From the NCBI GenBank assembly GCA_963662465.1, contig OY759599.1:4448001-4512000 (forward strand): a stretch of 64,000 bases of DNA. Direction: 5' to 3'. The stretch's first letter is position 1. The number at the start of each line of letters is the position of its first letter. Below, piece after piece: positions 23,740 to 34,030 of this stretch. Source of the stretch: Desulfatiglandales bacterium (GTDB lineage Bacteria; Desulfobacterota; DSM-4660; Desulfatiglandales; Desulfatiglandaceae). The notes under the pieces are model-generated. The model was not told the DNA's origin. It saw only the letters and a program-made list of their open reading frames with translations, and made no database searches. Both the position numbers and the translations under genes were made by a program.

Positions 23740-25440
23740 ATGAAACATGAGCAGGATTTCATTGGCATCAATGGCCTGAAGCGTTTCGCCGGCATCACCC
23801 GGGTACTGGTTCGGAACGGTTTCGGCATGTTGGCCGACGCCCTGGTCAAACGTTCAGCAGCAGAAAAGCTTGCCGGAAGACGCCCGTCAATATCCCTTCC
23901 TTCACCCCATCGATTGCGCCGTCTGCTGACGGAACTGGGCCCCAGTTTCATCAAACTCGGGCAGCTCATGAGTGTTCGGGCGGATCTCTTTCCTCCGGAA
24001 TACATCGAGGAACTGACAAAGCTTCAGGACCAGGTTCCGCCACAGCCTTTCAAAAGCATCAAACCTTTTATTGAAAAGCAGCTGGGACAACCCCTCGCCC
24101 GAGCATTCAAGCGGTTCGATGAGAATGCCATCGCTTCCGCCTCCATCGCTCAGGTTTACAAAGCCGAACTCAATACCGGCGAGCAGGTGGCCGTTAAGGT
24201 GGTACGCCCAGGCATTCTAAAGCAGATTCGCAGTGATATACGAGTGATGTATTACACGGCCCGCAAGTTTGAAAAGATGTTTGAACTGGCCCGGGTCATC
24301 GGTGCAAGGAATGTGGTGGAAGAGTTCGAAAGATCGATTTTCAACGAGTTGGACATGCACATCGAGGCCGGCAGCATCGAAAAATTCTCTCGTTATTACA
24401 GACATATTGAGGACATCTGCATCCCGAAAGTCTATTGGGAACTGACCGCTAAATCCGTTCTGGTGATGTCGTTTATTCCAGGCGTCAAAGTGAATCAGGT
24501 GCCGGCCATCAGGGAAATGGGCATCGATCCAAAAGGGATTGCCATGATCGGCCTGCGCAGCCTCTCCCGGCAACTGATGGAATTTGGATTCGTGCACGCC
24601 GATCCCCACCCGGGCAACACCATCGTCATGCCCGACGGGCGCGTCGGACTTGTGGATTTCGGCATTACCGCTCACCTGGACGAGGAGTTGATGCTCCAGA
24701 TCGCCCGTTTGTTTCTGGGGTATGCCGAGCATGATTACAACCTGGTTATGGATTCGCTTTTGGATACGGGCATCATTGATGAGGGAATTGACCTGCGAGC
24801 CTTTCGCGATGACCTCAAGGAGATGAGTGAACCGTTTTATGGAAGAACGCTTCAGACCATCTCCGTGGTGGATGTTTACGACCAGGTCATCCGGTTGCTT
24901 TTTAAGTACCATATCCGGCTGCCCCGAAACCTGCTCCTGCTGCTCAAAACCTTTATTCAAACCGAATCGCTGGGTAAGATTCTGGGCAGTGACGCCAGCA
25001 TCCTGGAGGTGATCCGGCCCTACGCCAGGACCATGCTGGCGCGTGGATACGATTCGAAAAAAGTTTTGCGGGCCATGGGAAGGGATGCCTGGGCCTCCGG
25101 ACGAATTTTGAGGCTTGCCCCCAAGCTCTTTTATGACATCCTGAGACAGACCGCCTCGGGGAAACAACGACTCGAGCTTCGACACAGCGGATTCGACGAC
25201 ATGGGCAGTCGTCTGGAAAAAGGGCTCAATCGACTGATTTTAGGCATCGTCCTTGCCGCCTCCATCATTGCCGGCGCTCTGGTACTCGACGCATCCGAAA
25301 AACTGTTCGTTTTCACCATAAACATTCTGGGGAACCACGCCGTCTCCCTGACATCCCTTTTGGGGCTTCTGGGGTATACCATCGCCACGGTTTTGGGTAT
25401 CTGGCTCATCATTTCCATCTTCCGATCCGGCAAGATGTGA
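23740..25440 (+). CDS. ubiB: UbiB/ABC1/AarF family kinase-like protein
   Basis: ELGPSFIKLGQ, ASASIAQV, VAVKV, HADPHPGN, DFG; C-terminal TM segments. Confidence 0.88.
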   Translation: MKHEQDFIGINGLKRFAGITRVLVRNGFGMLADALVKRSAAEKLAGRRPSISLPSPHRLRRLLTELGPSFIKLGQLMSVRADLFPPEYIEELTKLQDQVPPQPFKSIKPFIEKQLGQPLARAFKRFDENAIASASIAQVYKAELNTGEQVAVKVVRPGILKQIRSDIRVMYYTARKFEKMFELARVIGARNVVEEFERSIFNELDMHIEAGSIEKFSRYYRHIEDICIPKVYWELTAKSVLVMSFIPGVKVNQVPAIREMGIDPKGIAMIGLRSLSRQLMEFGFVHADPHPGNTIVMPDGRVGLVDFGITAHLDEELMLQIARLFLGYAEHDYNLVMDSLLDTGIIDEGIDLRAFRDDLKEMSEPFYGRTLQTISVVDVYDQVIRLLFKYHIRLPRNLLLLLKTFIQTESLGKILGSDASILEVIRPYARTMLARGYDSKKVLRAMGRDAWASGRILRLAPKLFYDILRQTASGKQRLELRHSGFDDMGSRLEKGLNRLILGIVLAASIIAGALVLDASEKLFVFTINILGNHAVSLTSLLGLLGYTIATVLGIWLIISIFRSGKM

Positions 25441-25467
25441 GTACACTATCCGGCGAGACGGCGTCTC

Positions 25468-26175
25468 TTAACGGGCTGAGCCCCGTTTCTTGAAATGTGA
25501 CAAATAATTCACGCTTGTATCTGAAGTCAGAAAGCATCCATGGGTGAAAGGGTTGTACCCAAATCCGGTCAAATGCCGTAACTCCAAGCCAAATTCTTCC
25601 GCCCATGCCGACAACTCCAGGGGCCTGATAAACCTGGAATGGCGGTGGGACCCAACGGGCAGAAGGCGAAAGATATATTCCGCACCGATGATGACAAAGA
25701 GGAAAGACCTGATATTTCGATTGATGGTGGCAAAGACAAGATCTCCATCCGGCTTCGCGAGTCGGGAACAGGACCGGACCACGGATCGAGGATCAGGGAC
25801 GTGTTCCAGCAGCTCCATACAGGTCACCAGATCGTAACATCCTGTTGCCGATGATGTCAGCGCCTCCACCGTTTTTTGTTGGTAATCGATCTTCAATCCG
25901 GCCATATGGGCGTGATGGCGGGCCGCGTTCAAGGCCTCGGCCCCCAGATCGATCCCCGTGACATCAGCGCCATCAACGGCCATGGCCTCGCTGAGGATTC
26001 CGCCGCCACACCCCACATCCAGCACCTTCGCGCCTTTCAGAGTGGTCCGCTCGTGAATATACCTCAACCGCAAGGGGTTAATCCGGTGAAGCGATTTTAA
26101 AACCCCTGACGGGTTCCACCAGCGGGATGCCAGGCGATCAAATTTAGCGACTTCGGTCTCATCCACATTGCCCAT
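25468..26175 (-). CDS. ubiG: Ubiquinone O-methyltransferase UbiG
   Basis: NVDETEVAKF..LASRWW, LHRINPLRL, LDVGCGGGILSE, CMELLEHVPDP, ATINR, GAEY. Confidence 0.92.
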   Translation of the reverse strand: MGNVDETEVAKFDRLASRWWNPSGVLKSLHRINPLRLRYIHERTTLKGAKVLDVGCGGGILSEAMAVDGADVTGIDLGAEALNAARHHAHMAGLKIDYQQKTVEALTSSATGCYDLVTCMELLEHVPDPRSVVRSCSRLAKPDGDLVFATINRNIRSFLFVIIGAEYIFRLLPVGSHRHSRFIRPLELSAWAEEFGLELRHLTGFGYNPFTHGCFLTSDTSVNYLSHFKKRGSAR

Positions 26176-26187
26176 AACGGTTTACCC

Positions 26188-26994
26188 CTATTTTACCGCC
26201 CTGTGAGCCACGGCAATGCCATTGGTCATTCTCCGGTAGTGAACATTTGACAGCCCCACTTCCCTGAAAATGCTTGACAGCTCGTGGGGTAGCAAAAACA
26301 ACCGGATGGTTTCCGGCAAGCAGCTGTAGGCCTTTTTGTTTCCCGCGATGGCATTTCCCAGCGCCGGCATGATGTAAAAAGAGTAGAAGTCGTAGAGCCG
26401 TCTGAACCAGGGCCGGACGGGCCTTGAAAATTCAAGGCAGAGAAACAGGCCTCCGGGCCTTAGAACGCGAACCATCTCTTCAAAAGCCTGTTTCATGTGG
26501 GTAATGTTTCGTACCGCAAATCCGATCATGACCACATCAAAGGTATTGTCTTGAAACGCTATTTTTTCAGCGTCGCCCTGAACATAGAGGATGCTTCGGC
26601 GGGCCGCTGCGTTGGTCCGTTTTTGCCGACCGGCAGCAATCATAGCCCTGTTGATATCATACAAAACGACCCGGCCCGTCTGTCCCACCACCCGGCGTGA
26701 CAGAACGGAAAGATCCCCCGTGCCCCCGCTTACATCCAGCACCCGATCTCCGGGCTTCAAATCCAGCATTGCAATGGCCCGGTGTTTCCACAGATAATGG
26801 GCGCCGAAACTGAGCAGGGTATTCATCAGGTCATATTTTCCGGCCACTGCGTCGAAATGACGGCGGACCCGGTCAGCTTTCTCCGCCTCGCTCAATTCTT
26901 CTGAACCGAAGCGGGCGCGGTTTTCTTTTCTAATCGATTCGTCCAGTTGTTTCAGGCGTTCATTTCGCTCCTCCCAGTCATGACGCAATCCCAT
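26188..26994 (-). CDS. ubiE: Quinone C-methyltransferase UbiE/MenG
   Basis: FDAVAGKYDLMN..LSFG.H..WK, GGTGD, GDAE, CLEFS, YDFYSF. Confidence 0.9.
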   Translation of the reverse strand: MGLRHDWEERNERLKQLDESIRKENRARFGSEELSEAEKADRVRRHFDAVAGKYDLMNTLLSFGAHYLWKHRAIAMLDLKPGDRVLDVSGGTGDLSVLSRRVVGQTGRVVLYDINRAMIAAGRQKRTNAAARRSILYVQGDAEKIAFQDNTFDVVMIGFAVRNITHMKQAFEEMVRVLRPGGLFLCLEFSRPVRPWFRRLYDFYSFYIMPALGNAIAGNKKAYSCLPETIRLFLLPHELSSIFREVGLSNVHYRRMTNGIAVAHRAVK

Positions 26995-27132
26995 ATTCCC
27001 CCCATCTTCCAGCTTTCATTTCTTTTCGAAAATAAATCGCCCTATTCGAAATAACCAGGAATTTCTTTCACCGGCAACCAGGGTTTTATCACTTTATTAC
27101 TCTATTTGCCAGCCATTAAGGTTAGACTTAGA

Positions 27133-27376
27133 AGGGCGGGTCGAGGAACAACCAAACCAACAGACAGCATCTATATCCCAGGACCGGAGCGCATTACACC
27201 CTTTGCGGATATCACAAGCCACATACTTTTTTGTAATCATCAAAATACATGATGCACCCTACTTCAATCGCAAAAACGCTTCTCTATATTGGGACCGAGT
27301 AAGATAGGGCAAAATGAAATTGGAAGCCGGGAGGATCGGCATGGCCGCACACGGTGTCATTTCGAGTTTTTCACCA
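27133..27376 (+). repeat. 244-bp direct repeat, copy 1 (nuoA upstream region plus 5' end)
   Basis: High identity to 33006-33249. Confidence 0.92.
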
Positions 27377-27556
27377 TGGGAGGCCGGCATATTGAGTCTG
27401 GCACTTTATACCGCCATGGTTCTGGCGTTGGTCGGAGTGCTTTTATTTCTCTGTGGCCGGCTGGGGGAACGAAAAACAGCCGCTGAAAAAGCAACCCCTT
27501 ACGAATGCGGTATCATTCCCACCGGCAACGCGCGGTTCCGCTATAGTCGATCGTAA
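27314..27556 (+). pseudogene. nuoA: NADH-quinone oxidoreductase subunit A, 3'-truncated
   Basis: One TM then KATPYECGIIPTGNARFRY; the last two TMs are absent. Confidence 0.85.
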
Positions 27557-27592
27557 AAAAACAGAGCCTTATCACCTCGCCAAAAAAAGCTT

Positions 27593-28229
27593 ATGCAATT
27601 AGACGCTTCATTGTCCCCTTTGATCATTACCTTTCTACTTTCGTCATTTTATGGCGTTATAAGACAGCTTACCCATAAGCCAATCGGTTTCGGAACATTT
27701 ACCTTCGTTTCCACCGGCTCATGTGCTCTGGCGATTATCTCGATTCGTATAAGCCCTTCAAATCCATTACCCCTATTGGGAGCAATTGTTACCGGTATCG
27801 GTTTTTTAGGAGCCGGCGCACTTATAAAGACAAGTGAAAAAGTGGCGGGTTTTACTTCAGCTGCTCTTATATGGATTTTTGCCGTCTTTGGTCTGGTGAT
27901 GGGTACGGGTGAATATATAACCGCGGGCATTACGTATGCTATTATCATTTGGATCGTAACAGGCAGGGTACGACCGCAATCTTGAAAAGCGGGGTATAGG
28001 ATCGTATCATCGCAAGATTACCATCATTACGAATAAAATCATTCCCGAACAGGAAATTCGGGACACTTTATTCGGTAACCGCAGACATGCTCTTGTGGAC
28101 CTTCATGGCGATAAAGAACATGACAGCCTTACTGTTACGTATTCGATAGAGGGCTCACAAGTCCATATTGATGAAATGTCAAGAATCTTAGAGCAATGGG
28201 AGTGGTGTGCGTCTTATTCAATCGAGTAA
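27593..28229 (+). pseudogene. MgtC/SapB family protein, frameshifted
   Basis: GFGTFTFVSTGS, IVTGIGFLGAG, GFTSAALIW; the soluble C-terminal part lies in another frame. Confidence 0.7.
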
Positions 28230-28379
28230 CTGATCTTATAATCCTATCTTGATGCGGTGAAATGTCAAATATCATTGGTTAACTTTTTGAGATCAGAGCC
28301 CATCCATGAAGAATCGAGATAAGGAATATAAACCCCATCTGTTCGGCAAGGTGTTGCGAAGGCTCATCGGTGCGCCCCG

Positions 28380-29475
28380 GGTGGAAGACCTGGCGGACGC
28401 CCGGTTTTCGCAGAAAATTTCCCAGCTGCCGGGGGTGGGACTGGTCAGTATCAGCGGCGGCCGGCGGCCGGCGGCCGGCGGTTCGGATTCAGGCCAACCC
28501 CACCACCCTGGCCGCCTACGGCCTGACCCTTGAAGACCTTCGTACAGCCATTGTCACTGCCAATGTGAATCAGGCAAAGGGAGGGTTCGACGGTCCGCGC
28601 CGGTCCTTCGTTATCGGGGCCAACGACCAACTCCTTTCCAGCAGGGACTACCGGCCCGTCATTATCGCCTACCGAGAAGGCGCTCCGGTGCGTATCTCCG
28701 ATGTGGCGGATGTCATCGATGATACGAAAAACGTAAACCAGGCGGCATGGATGAACGAAACCCCGGCGGTTATCGTCAACGTCCAGCGTCAACCCGGCGC
28801 CAACGTCATCCAGGTGGCGGTGGAAAGCCTGTCCAGTTTCATCGGAGTGGACGGCACCAACACAACCCTTAACAGCGGCAGGATCTTGATCAATCTGAAA
28901 CCCCGGGAGAATCGGAATGCAAGCGCTGGAGAAGTTATCGAAAGACTCCAGCGGGAACTGGCCAAAGTTTCGGGAATTTCCCTGTTCATGCAGCCGGTGC
29001 AAGACCTGACCGTCGACGCCAAGGTCAGCCGTACCCGGTTCCAGTACACACTGGAAGACCCCGACTTCGACGAGCTGAACAGATGGGCGCCCCGGCTGGT
29101 TGATTCACTGCGCGCGCTCCGAGTTGCGCGACATAGGCAGCGACCAGCTTGACAAGGGATTGAGAGTGTCGCTCCACATCGACCGCGGGACCGCCTCCCG
29201 TCTGGGAATTACCCCGCGGATGATCGACGACACACTGTACGACGCATACGGGCAGCGGCAGGTCTCCATTATCTACACCCTTCTAAACCAGTACCATGTG
29301 GTAATGGAGGTGGCGCCCCCCTTCCAGCAGCGCCCTGAAACGCTGCATGACATCTACGTCCCCGCTTCAAACGGAGCGCCGGCGCCGCTGAGCGCCTTCA
29401 CCCATTACGAGACGACCGCCACCCCGCTGGCCGTAAACCACCAGAGACAGTTTCCGTCCGTGACGATTTCAGGCT
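28380..29475 (+). pseudogene. mdtB: RND efflux permease (MdtB-like) internal fragments
   Basis: [26 protein letters not shown] fused to VESLSSFIGVDG, PLAVNHQ.QFPSVTIS; both termini missing. Confidence 0.8.
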
Positions 29476-29479
29476 ATCG

Positions 29480-30157
29480 GTGGAGGCTGGAATTCCGCAT
29501 TGGGTGGCAGTAGCGGTTATGGGAATATCGGTCGCGGGTTGCATGTCGCCCCAGGGAGTGCCGGATTACACGGCCTCCGGAGCTTTGGCCGGCGGGGCCA
29601 CGGGCGCCATCGTCGGGAGCTTGACCCGGAACCCGGCAGCCGGTGCACTCGTCGGCGGGGCCGCGGGCGCGCTGGTCGGAGGTCTCATCGGACACGGCAT
29701 GGAGCAGGCCCAGGAAGCACAGTTGAAGGCGCAGGCTCCCCAAACTCTGCAACGGGTGGAACAGGGGCAACCATTGACGGTGGCGGATGTCCAATCGCTG
29801 GCGAAGGCCGGGATCAGCGACGACCTTATCCTTAGTCAAATTCGCAACTCCCGAACAGTCTATCACCTCGCCACAGCGGACATTATCGCATTGAAGAATG
29901 CGGGAGTCAGTGAAAAGGTCATCGACTTCATGATCAATACGCCCACCCAGATTACCTCCGCCGAAGTGGGGGGCGTGGTAGGGACCTCGCCGCCGTCGCC
30001 GCCCGAACAGATAATCGTTGCTCCGGGTCCGGGCTATTTCTGGGTGGGGAATGCGTGGGGGTGGTTCGGGGGCCGCTGGGTATGGCGCCCCGGCTATTGG
30101 CACAGGCCGATGCATCCCTATGGGTACTATGGGTACAGGCGCCCCTACTGGCGGTAG
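29480..30157 (+). CDS. Glycine-zipper lipoprotein with Trp/Gly-rich (YXWGXW-like) tail
   Basis: Lipobox VAGC, GALAGGATGAIVG zipper, PGPGYFWVGNAWGW; exact start uncertain. Confidence 0.7.
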   Translation: MEAGIPHWVAVAVMGISVAGCMSPQGVPDYTASGALAGGATGAIVGSLTRNPAAGALVGGAAGALVGGLIGHGMEQAQEAQLKAQAPQTLQRVEQGQPLTVADVQSLAKAGISDDLILSQIRNSRTVYHLATADIIALKNAGVSEKVIDFMINTPTQITSAEVGGVVGTSPPSPPEQIIVAPGPGYFWVGNAWGWFGGRWVWRPGYWHRPMHPYGYYGYRRPYWR

Positions 30158-30280
30158 GCGGTTTAACAGGGCCGTGGAAGCCATGCAATTTTCTTAAGCT
30201 GAGCTTATGGATTTTAAATCCGCACGGCAATACATTGCGCTTCATCACGGATTAAGCCAATTAAAAGGAGAAGGCCTATT

Positions 30281-30960
30281 ATGGAACCCCATTCCGTGCG
30301 ATCCAAGAAGGCTCCCGAATCGAAGCCCAATGCGAACGATGACCTGAAATCCATTCCCATGCCGGAACTGCAAACCAAGTTGGGGTCGTCGCCGGACGGC
30401 CTCAGTCAAGCCGCGGCGGAAAAACGGCTGGCCCAATATGGACCGAACGAGATTGAAGAGCGGAAAACCAGGACGCCATCAATCTCGCCGTGCTGGGGGA
30501 GCTGAAAAATGATCAGGCATTGGAAGGCTACCAGATGGTTCATTTTCAGCCCTTCGATCCGGTGCATAAGCGCACCGAAGTCAGCGTCAAGGGCACGGAC
30601 GGAAAGGCGTTCAAGGCAACCAAGGGCGCGCCGCAGGTGATCCTGGAGCTGTCGGCCAAATGCAGAAGAGGTCAAACCCGCCATCGAGAAGGCTGTCAAC
30701 GAATTTGCTGCACGCGGCTTCCGCTCGCTGGGCGTAGCGCGGACCGAGGGAGAAGGCCCATGGCGGTTTATCGGCGTGCTGCCGCTTTTCGATCCGCCCC
30801 GGGAACAAATCAAAGCGACCATCGCGACTGCCCGACAGATGATTGAATAAAAACCTGTCGATGTAACACCGCAGATCGTCCAACGAGCCTATGAAATTTA
30901 CGAGCAACAAGGCCGCCAAGACGGCAAAGCAGTTCAGGACTGGAAGAAGTCGGAGAGAAA
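30281..30960 (+). pseudogene. Collapsed second proton-efflux P-type ATPase
   Basis: GLSQAAAEKRLAQYGPNEIEE fused to QDAI..PFDPVHKRTE..KGAPQVI..PLFDPPRE, then a short RAYEIYEQQGRQDG tail; paralog of 5558-8044. Confidence 0.8.
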
Positions 30961-30966
30961 AACCCC

Positions 30967-31695
30967 ATGGACGTTCATAAACCGGGCCATGACGCCCATT
31001 GCCAGATCTGCGGCGGGAAGGCCTCTGACCTGGAGCTTTTACCCGCCGTTCTTGTAAGGCCCGTTATTGCAGGCTTAATTGTCAAAACCAATCCGAAGTG
31101 GTCGTTTGACGGATATATCTGCGTCGATGATCTGAACAGGTTCAGGTACGATTACATCCGTTCCGTTCTCGAAATAGAAAAAGGCGAACTGTCGGACCTG
31201 GACAGGGAGGTGCTCGAAAGCCTCCAAAAGCATGAAATCCTTTCCTCCAATACCGAACAGGATTACGAGTCTGTACTGACTTTCGGAGAAAAACTCTCGG
31301 ACAGGATAGCCGCATTTGGGGGCAGTTGGAGATTCATCATCATATTTGCCTGCATTCTGTTTGTATGGTTGCTGATCAATTCAATCGTCTTGCTGTTCAA
31401 ACCGTTTGACCCGTATCCTTACATCTTGTTAAATCTGGTTCTGTCCTGCCTGGCTGCTATTCAGGCTCCCGTCATTATGATGAGTCAGAACCGGCAGGAG
31501 TCAAAGGACCGTCTTCGCGCATCCCATGACTATCAAATCAACCTCAAGGCGGAACTTGAAATCCGGAATCTGCACCAGAAGATCGACCACCTTCTGTCCC
31601 GCCAGTGGGAACGTCTCGTGGAAATCCAGGGAATACAACTTGAAGTCTTGGAAGAGATACGCACCAAATCCTCGCAAACGGGCTCTTTCAAATAG
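30967..31695 (+). CDS. DUF1003 domain membrane protein
   Basis: FGGSWRFI, FDPYPYILLNLVLSCLAAIQAPVIMMSQNRQ. Confidence 0.9.
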   Translation: MDVHKPGHDAHCQICGGKASDLELLPAVLVRPVIAGLIVKTNPKWSFDGYICVDDLNRFRYDYIRSVLEIEKGELSDLDREVLESLQKHEILSSNTEQDYESVLTFGEKLSDRIAAFGGSWRFIIIFACILFVWLLINSIVLLFKPFDPYPYILLNLVLSCLAAIQAPVIMMSQNRQESKDRLRASHDYQINLKAELEIRNLHQKIDHLLSRQWERLVEIQGIQLEVLEEIRTKSSQTGSFK

Positions 31696-31870
31696 ATGGC
31701 GTCATGACCCAATTTGGAAACCATGCAGCTTTTTTATACCGCATATCAAAGAGAGTTCGACAATGAGTAATATCCTCAAAATCGGACGTATTTCGGTTAT
31801 GATATTTATCAGATCCATTTTTTTATTGTCACTGCGATCTATTAAACAAATTAACTTGGTAAGTTGGAAC

Positions 31871-32759
31871 TCAAGTTTCCCGCTGAACATCCGCACTTTG
31901 GATGTGGATATCCCTTTGCGGAAAGGGAATCTCGATTCCGGCCATTTTGAACTTTTCAAAGATCTCAAAATAAAGCGCACTGCGAACATTTCGCCGCGGC
32001 GTTACCCGGACGTCTATCCATACGAGCAGCTCAAAATTGATCGAGCTGTCGCCATATTGAATAAACGTAACCATGGGTTTATGGGATTTTGAAACCATGG
32101 GCTCTTTCTCCGCAATCTTCAGCAATATCTCCTTAACCTGCCGGGTGTCGGCATGATAGAAAACCCCCACCGGCAGGGCAATGCGAATCATGGGGGACGA
32201 CAACGAATAATTTACAATCGTGTTCGAAATCAGGTTGGCGTTGGGAACAATGCATTTTGCCGCCGAATATGATCGCAAAACCGCTGATGATATTGGCGGC
32301 CGTGTGCTGCAGTCCCAAGCCGATTCCGATGCCGGCGGCGCCCGCAAAAATCAGAAGAAACCGAAGATCAAGTCCCACAACCTCCAAGGTAATCATTGAC
32401 AATATTGTGGCGTACAACAGCATTTTTCTAAAAGGATGAAACAAAAACAGGATCACAACTATGGAAACCGAGATCGCAAATTTCAGCAGGTCGATCACAT
32501 CGGGCCGAACCTGAAAGCCTCCCGCGCCCTGAGTTACCGCGGCGCCGACCAGGCCATATAGAAGGGCCAGGCGTGCCAGGTGAAAAATATTCTTCCCATA
32601 GCGGGATGTTGCCTTGAAAAGATCCTGGGTCAGTGACTCACGCAGGAAACTGATGACCAGGGAGCCAATAACCCAGAGAATCAGGAATTTCCCGGTCAGC
32701 TGAAACCAAACCGCCTGATAGTGGATCATGGCTTTGATCAGGGAAGTGGCGCACCTCAT
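31871..32759 (-). pseudogene. MscS mechanosensitive channel fragments
   Basis: GIGIGLGLQ..AANIISG joined to IVPNANLIS...GIEIPFPQRDIH, with deletions and frameshifts. Confidence 0.75.
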
Positions 32760-32834
32760 TGAATCCGCCGACGCTCAAATTGAAATCGGTTATGCGGACT
32801 ACCACGATATGATGGTCTCTTTGGCCGCCGAACT

Positions 32835-33000
32835 GATCAGGCCCGACTGGCTCCAGATCGGCACACTGATCAATCCCATGCGCCATATTATCGTCGCACT
32901 GCGCAATATATTTCTGGAAGGCGCCGGGGCCGGATTAGTCTGGCCGCAGATCTGGCCGCTTTTGCTGGCGGCGTGGTTGTTTCGGCATCGATCGCAGTGA
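32835..33000 (+). pseudogene. ABC-2 permease C-terminal fragment
   Basis: PDWLQIGTLINPMRH...IFLEG. Confidence 0.6.
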
Positions 33001-33005
33001 TCAGC

Positions 33006-33249
33006 AGGGCGGGTCGAGGGACAACCAAACAACAGACAGCATCTATATCCCAGAACCGGAGCGCATTACGCCCTTTGCGGATATCACAAGCCACATACTT
33101 TTTTGTAATCATCAAAATACATGATGCACCCTATTTCAATCGCAAAAACGCTTCTCTATAATTGGGGCCGAGTAAGATAGGGCAAAATGAAGTTGGAAGC
33201 CGGGAGGATCGGCATGGCCGCACACGATGTCATTTCAAGCTTTTCACCA
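33006..33249 (+). repeat. 244-bp direct repeat, copy 2
   Basis: High identity to 27133-27376; runs directly into a nuoD internal fragment. Confidence 0.92.
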
Positions 33250-33600
33250 GGGGATGGAAAGAACCGGTGGATGATTTTGTCCGTGTTTTCCCGAGCCGCA
33301 TCAAGGCCTATGAATCCTTGCTGACGCACAATGCCATTTTTAAGGGCCGCACCAAAGGGATCGGCCGTCTTTCTCTGGACGACGCCATCGAATAGGGAAT
33401 TACAGGCCCTATGCTGCGGGGAAGCGGGCTCAACTGGGATGTCAGGAAAAACATGCCCTACTCGGGGTATGAAGCCTTTGACTTTGATATTCCCTGCTTC
33501 AGCGAGGGAGACTGCTACGCCCGCTATTGGGTCCGAATCGAGGAAATGCGCCAGAGCCTGAGAATCATTGAACAAGCGGCACGGAACATGCCCCCCGGGA
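33250..33600 (+). pseudogene. nuoD: NuoD (NuoCD) internal fragment
   Basis: [45 protein letters not shown]; in-frame TAG at 33393. Confidence 0.85.
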
Positions 33601-34030
33601 ACAAGCCATCCATGTCATGTACGCGCTGCAGAACCATTACGGTTATCTGAGCGATGCGGCCGTTGGCGAAGCCGCTGATCTTCTGGGCATGACGCCCCTT
33701 GAAATTGACGAACTGGCCACCTTTTATGACTTCATCTACCGGGAACCGGTGGGTAAGTATGTAATTCATGTGTGCGACAGCATTATCTGCTGGATGTTCG
33801 GAGAAGAATCCGTCATGGAATATCTTTCCGGAAAACTGGGGATCAATCCGGGGGAAACCACGCCGGATGGGCTCTTCACCATTTTACCCGCCTGCTGCGT
33901 AGGCTATTGCGACCATGCACCGGCCATGCTCGTCAATGGAAAACCCTACGGCCCCCTGACGCCCGCTTTCATCGACCTCACCCTGGAAGCCCTCAGGCAA
34001 CAGCATCCTGAATCTCAGGAGGTCCGATAA
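33594..34030 (+). pseudogene. nuoE: NuoE, 5'-truncated
   Basis: ATFY, VCDSIIC, CCVGYCDHAP; N-terminus replaced by nuoD sequence. Confidence 0.8.

Noticed and set aside
20292..33395. In-frame TAG codons in hsdS (20292) and nuoD (33393) as pyrrolysine or recoding
   Set aside because: Both genes have other disabling lesions, TAG ends intact genes elsewhere in the window, and no pyl genes are seen.
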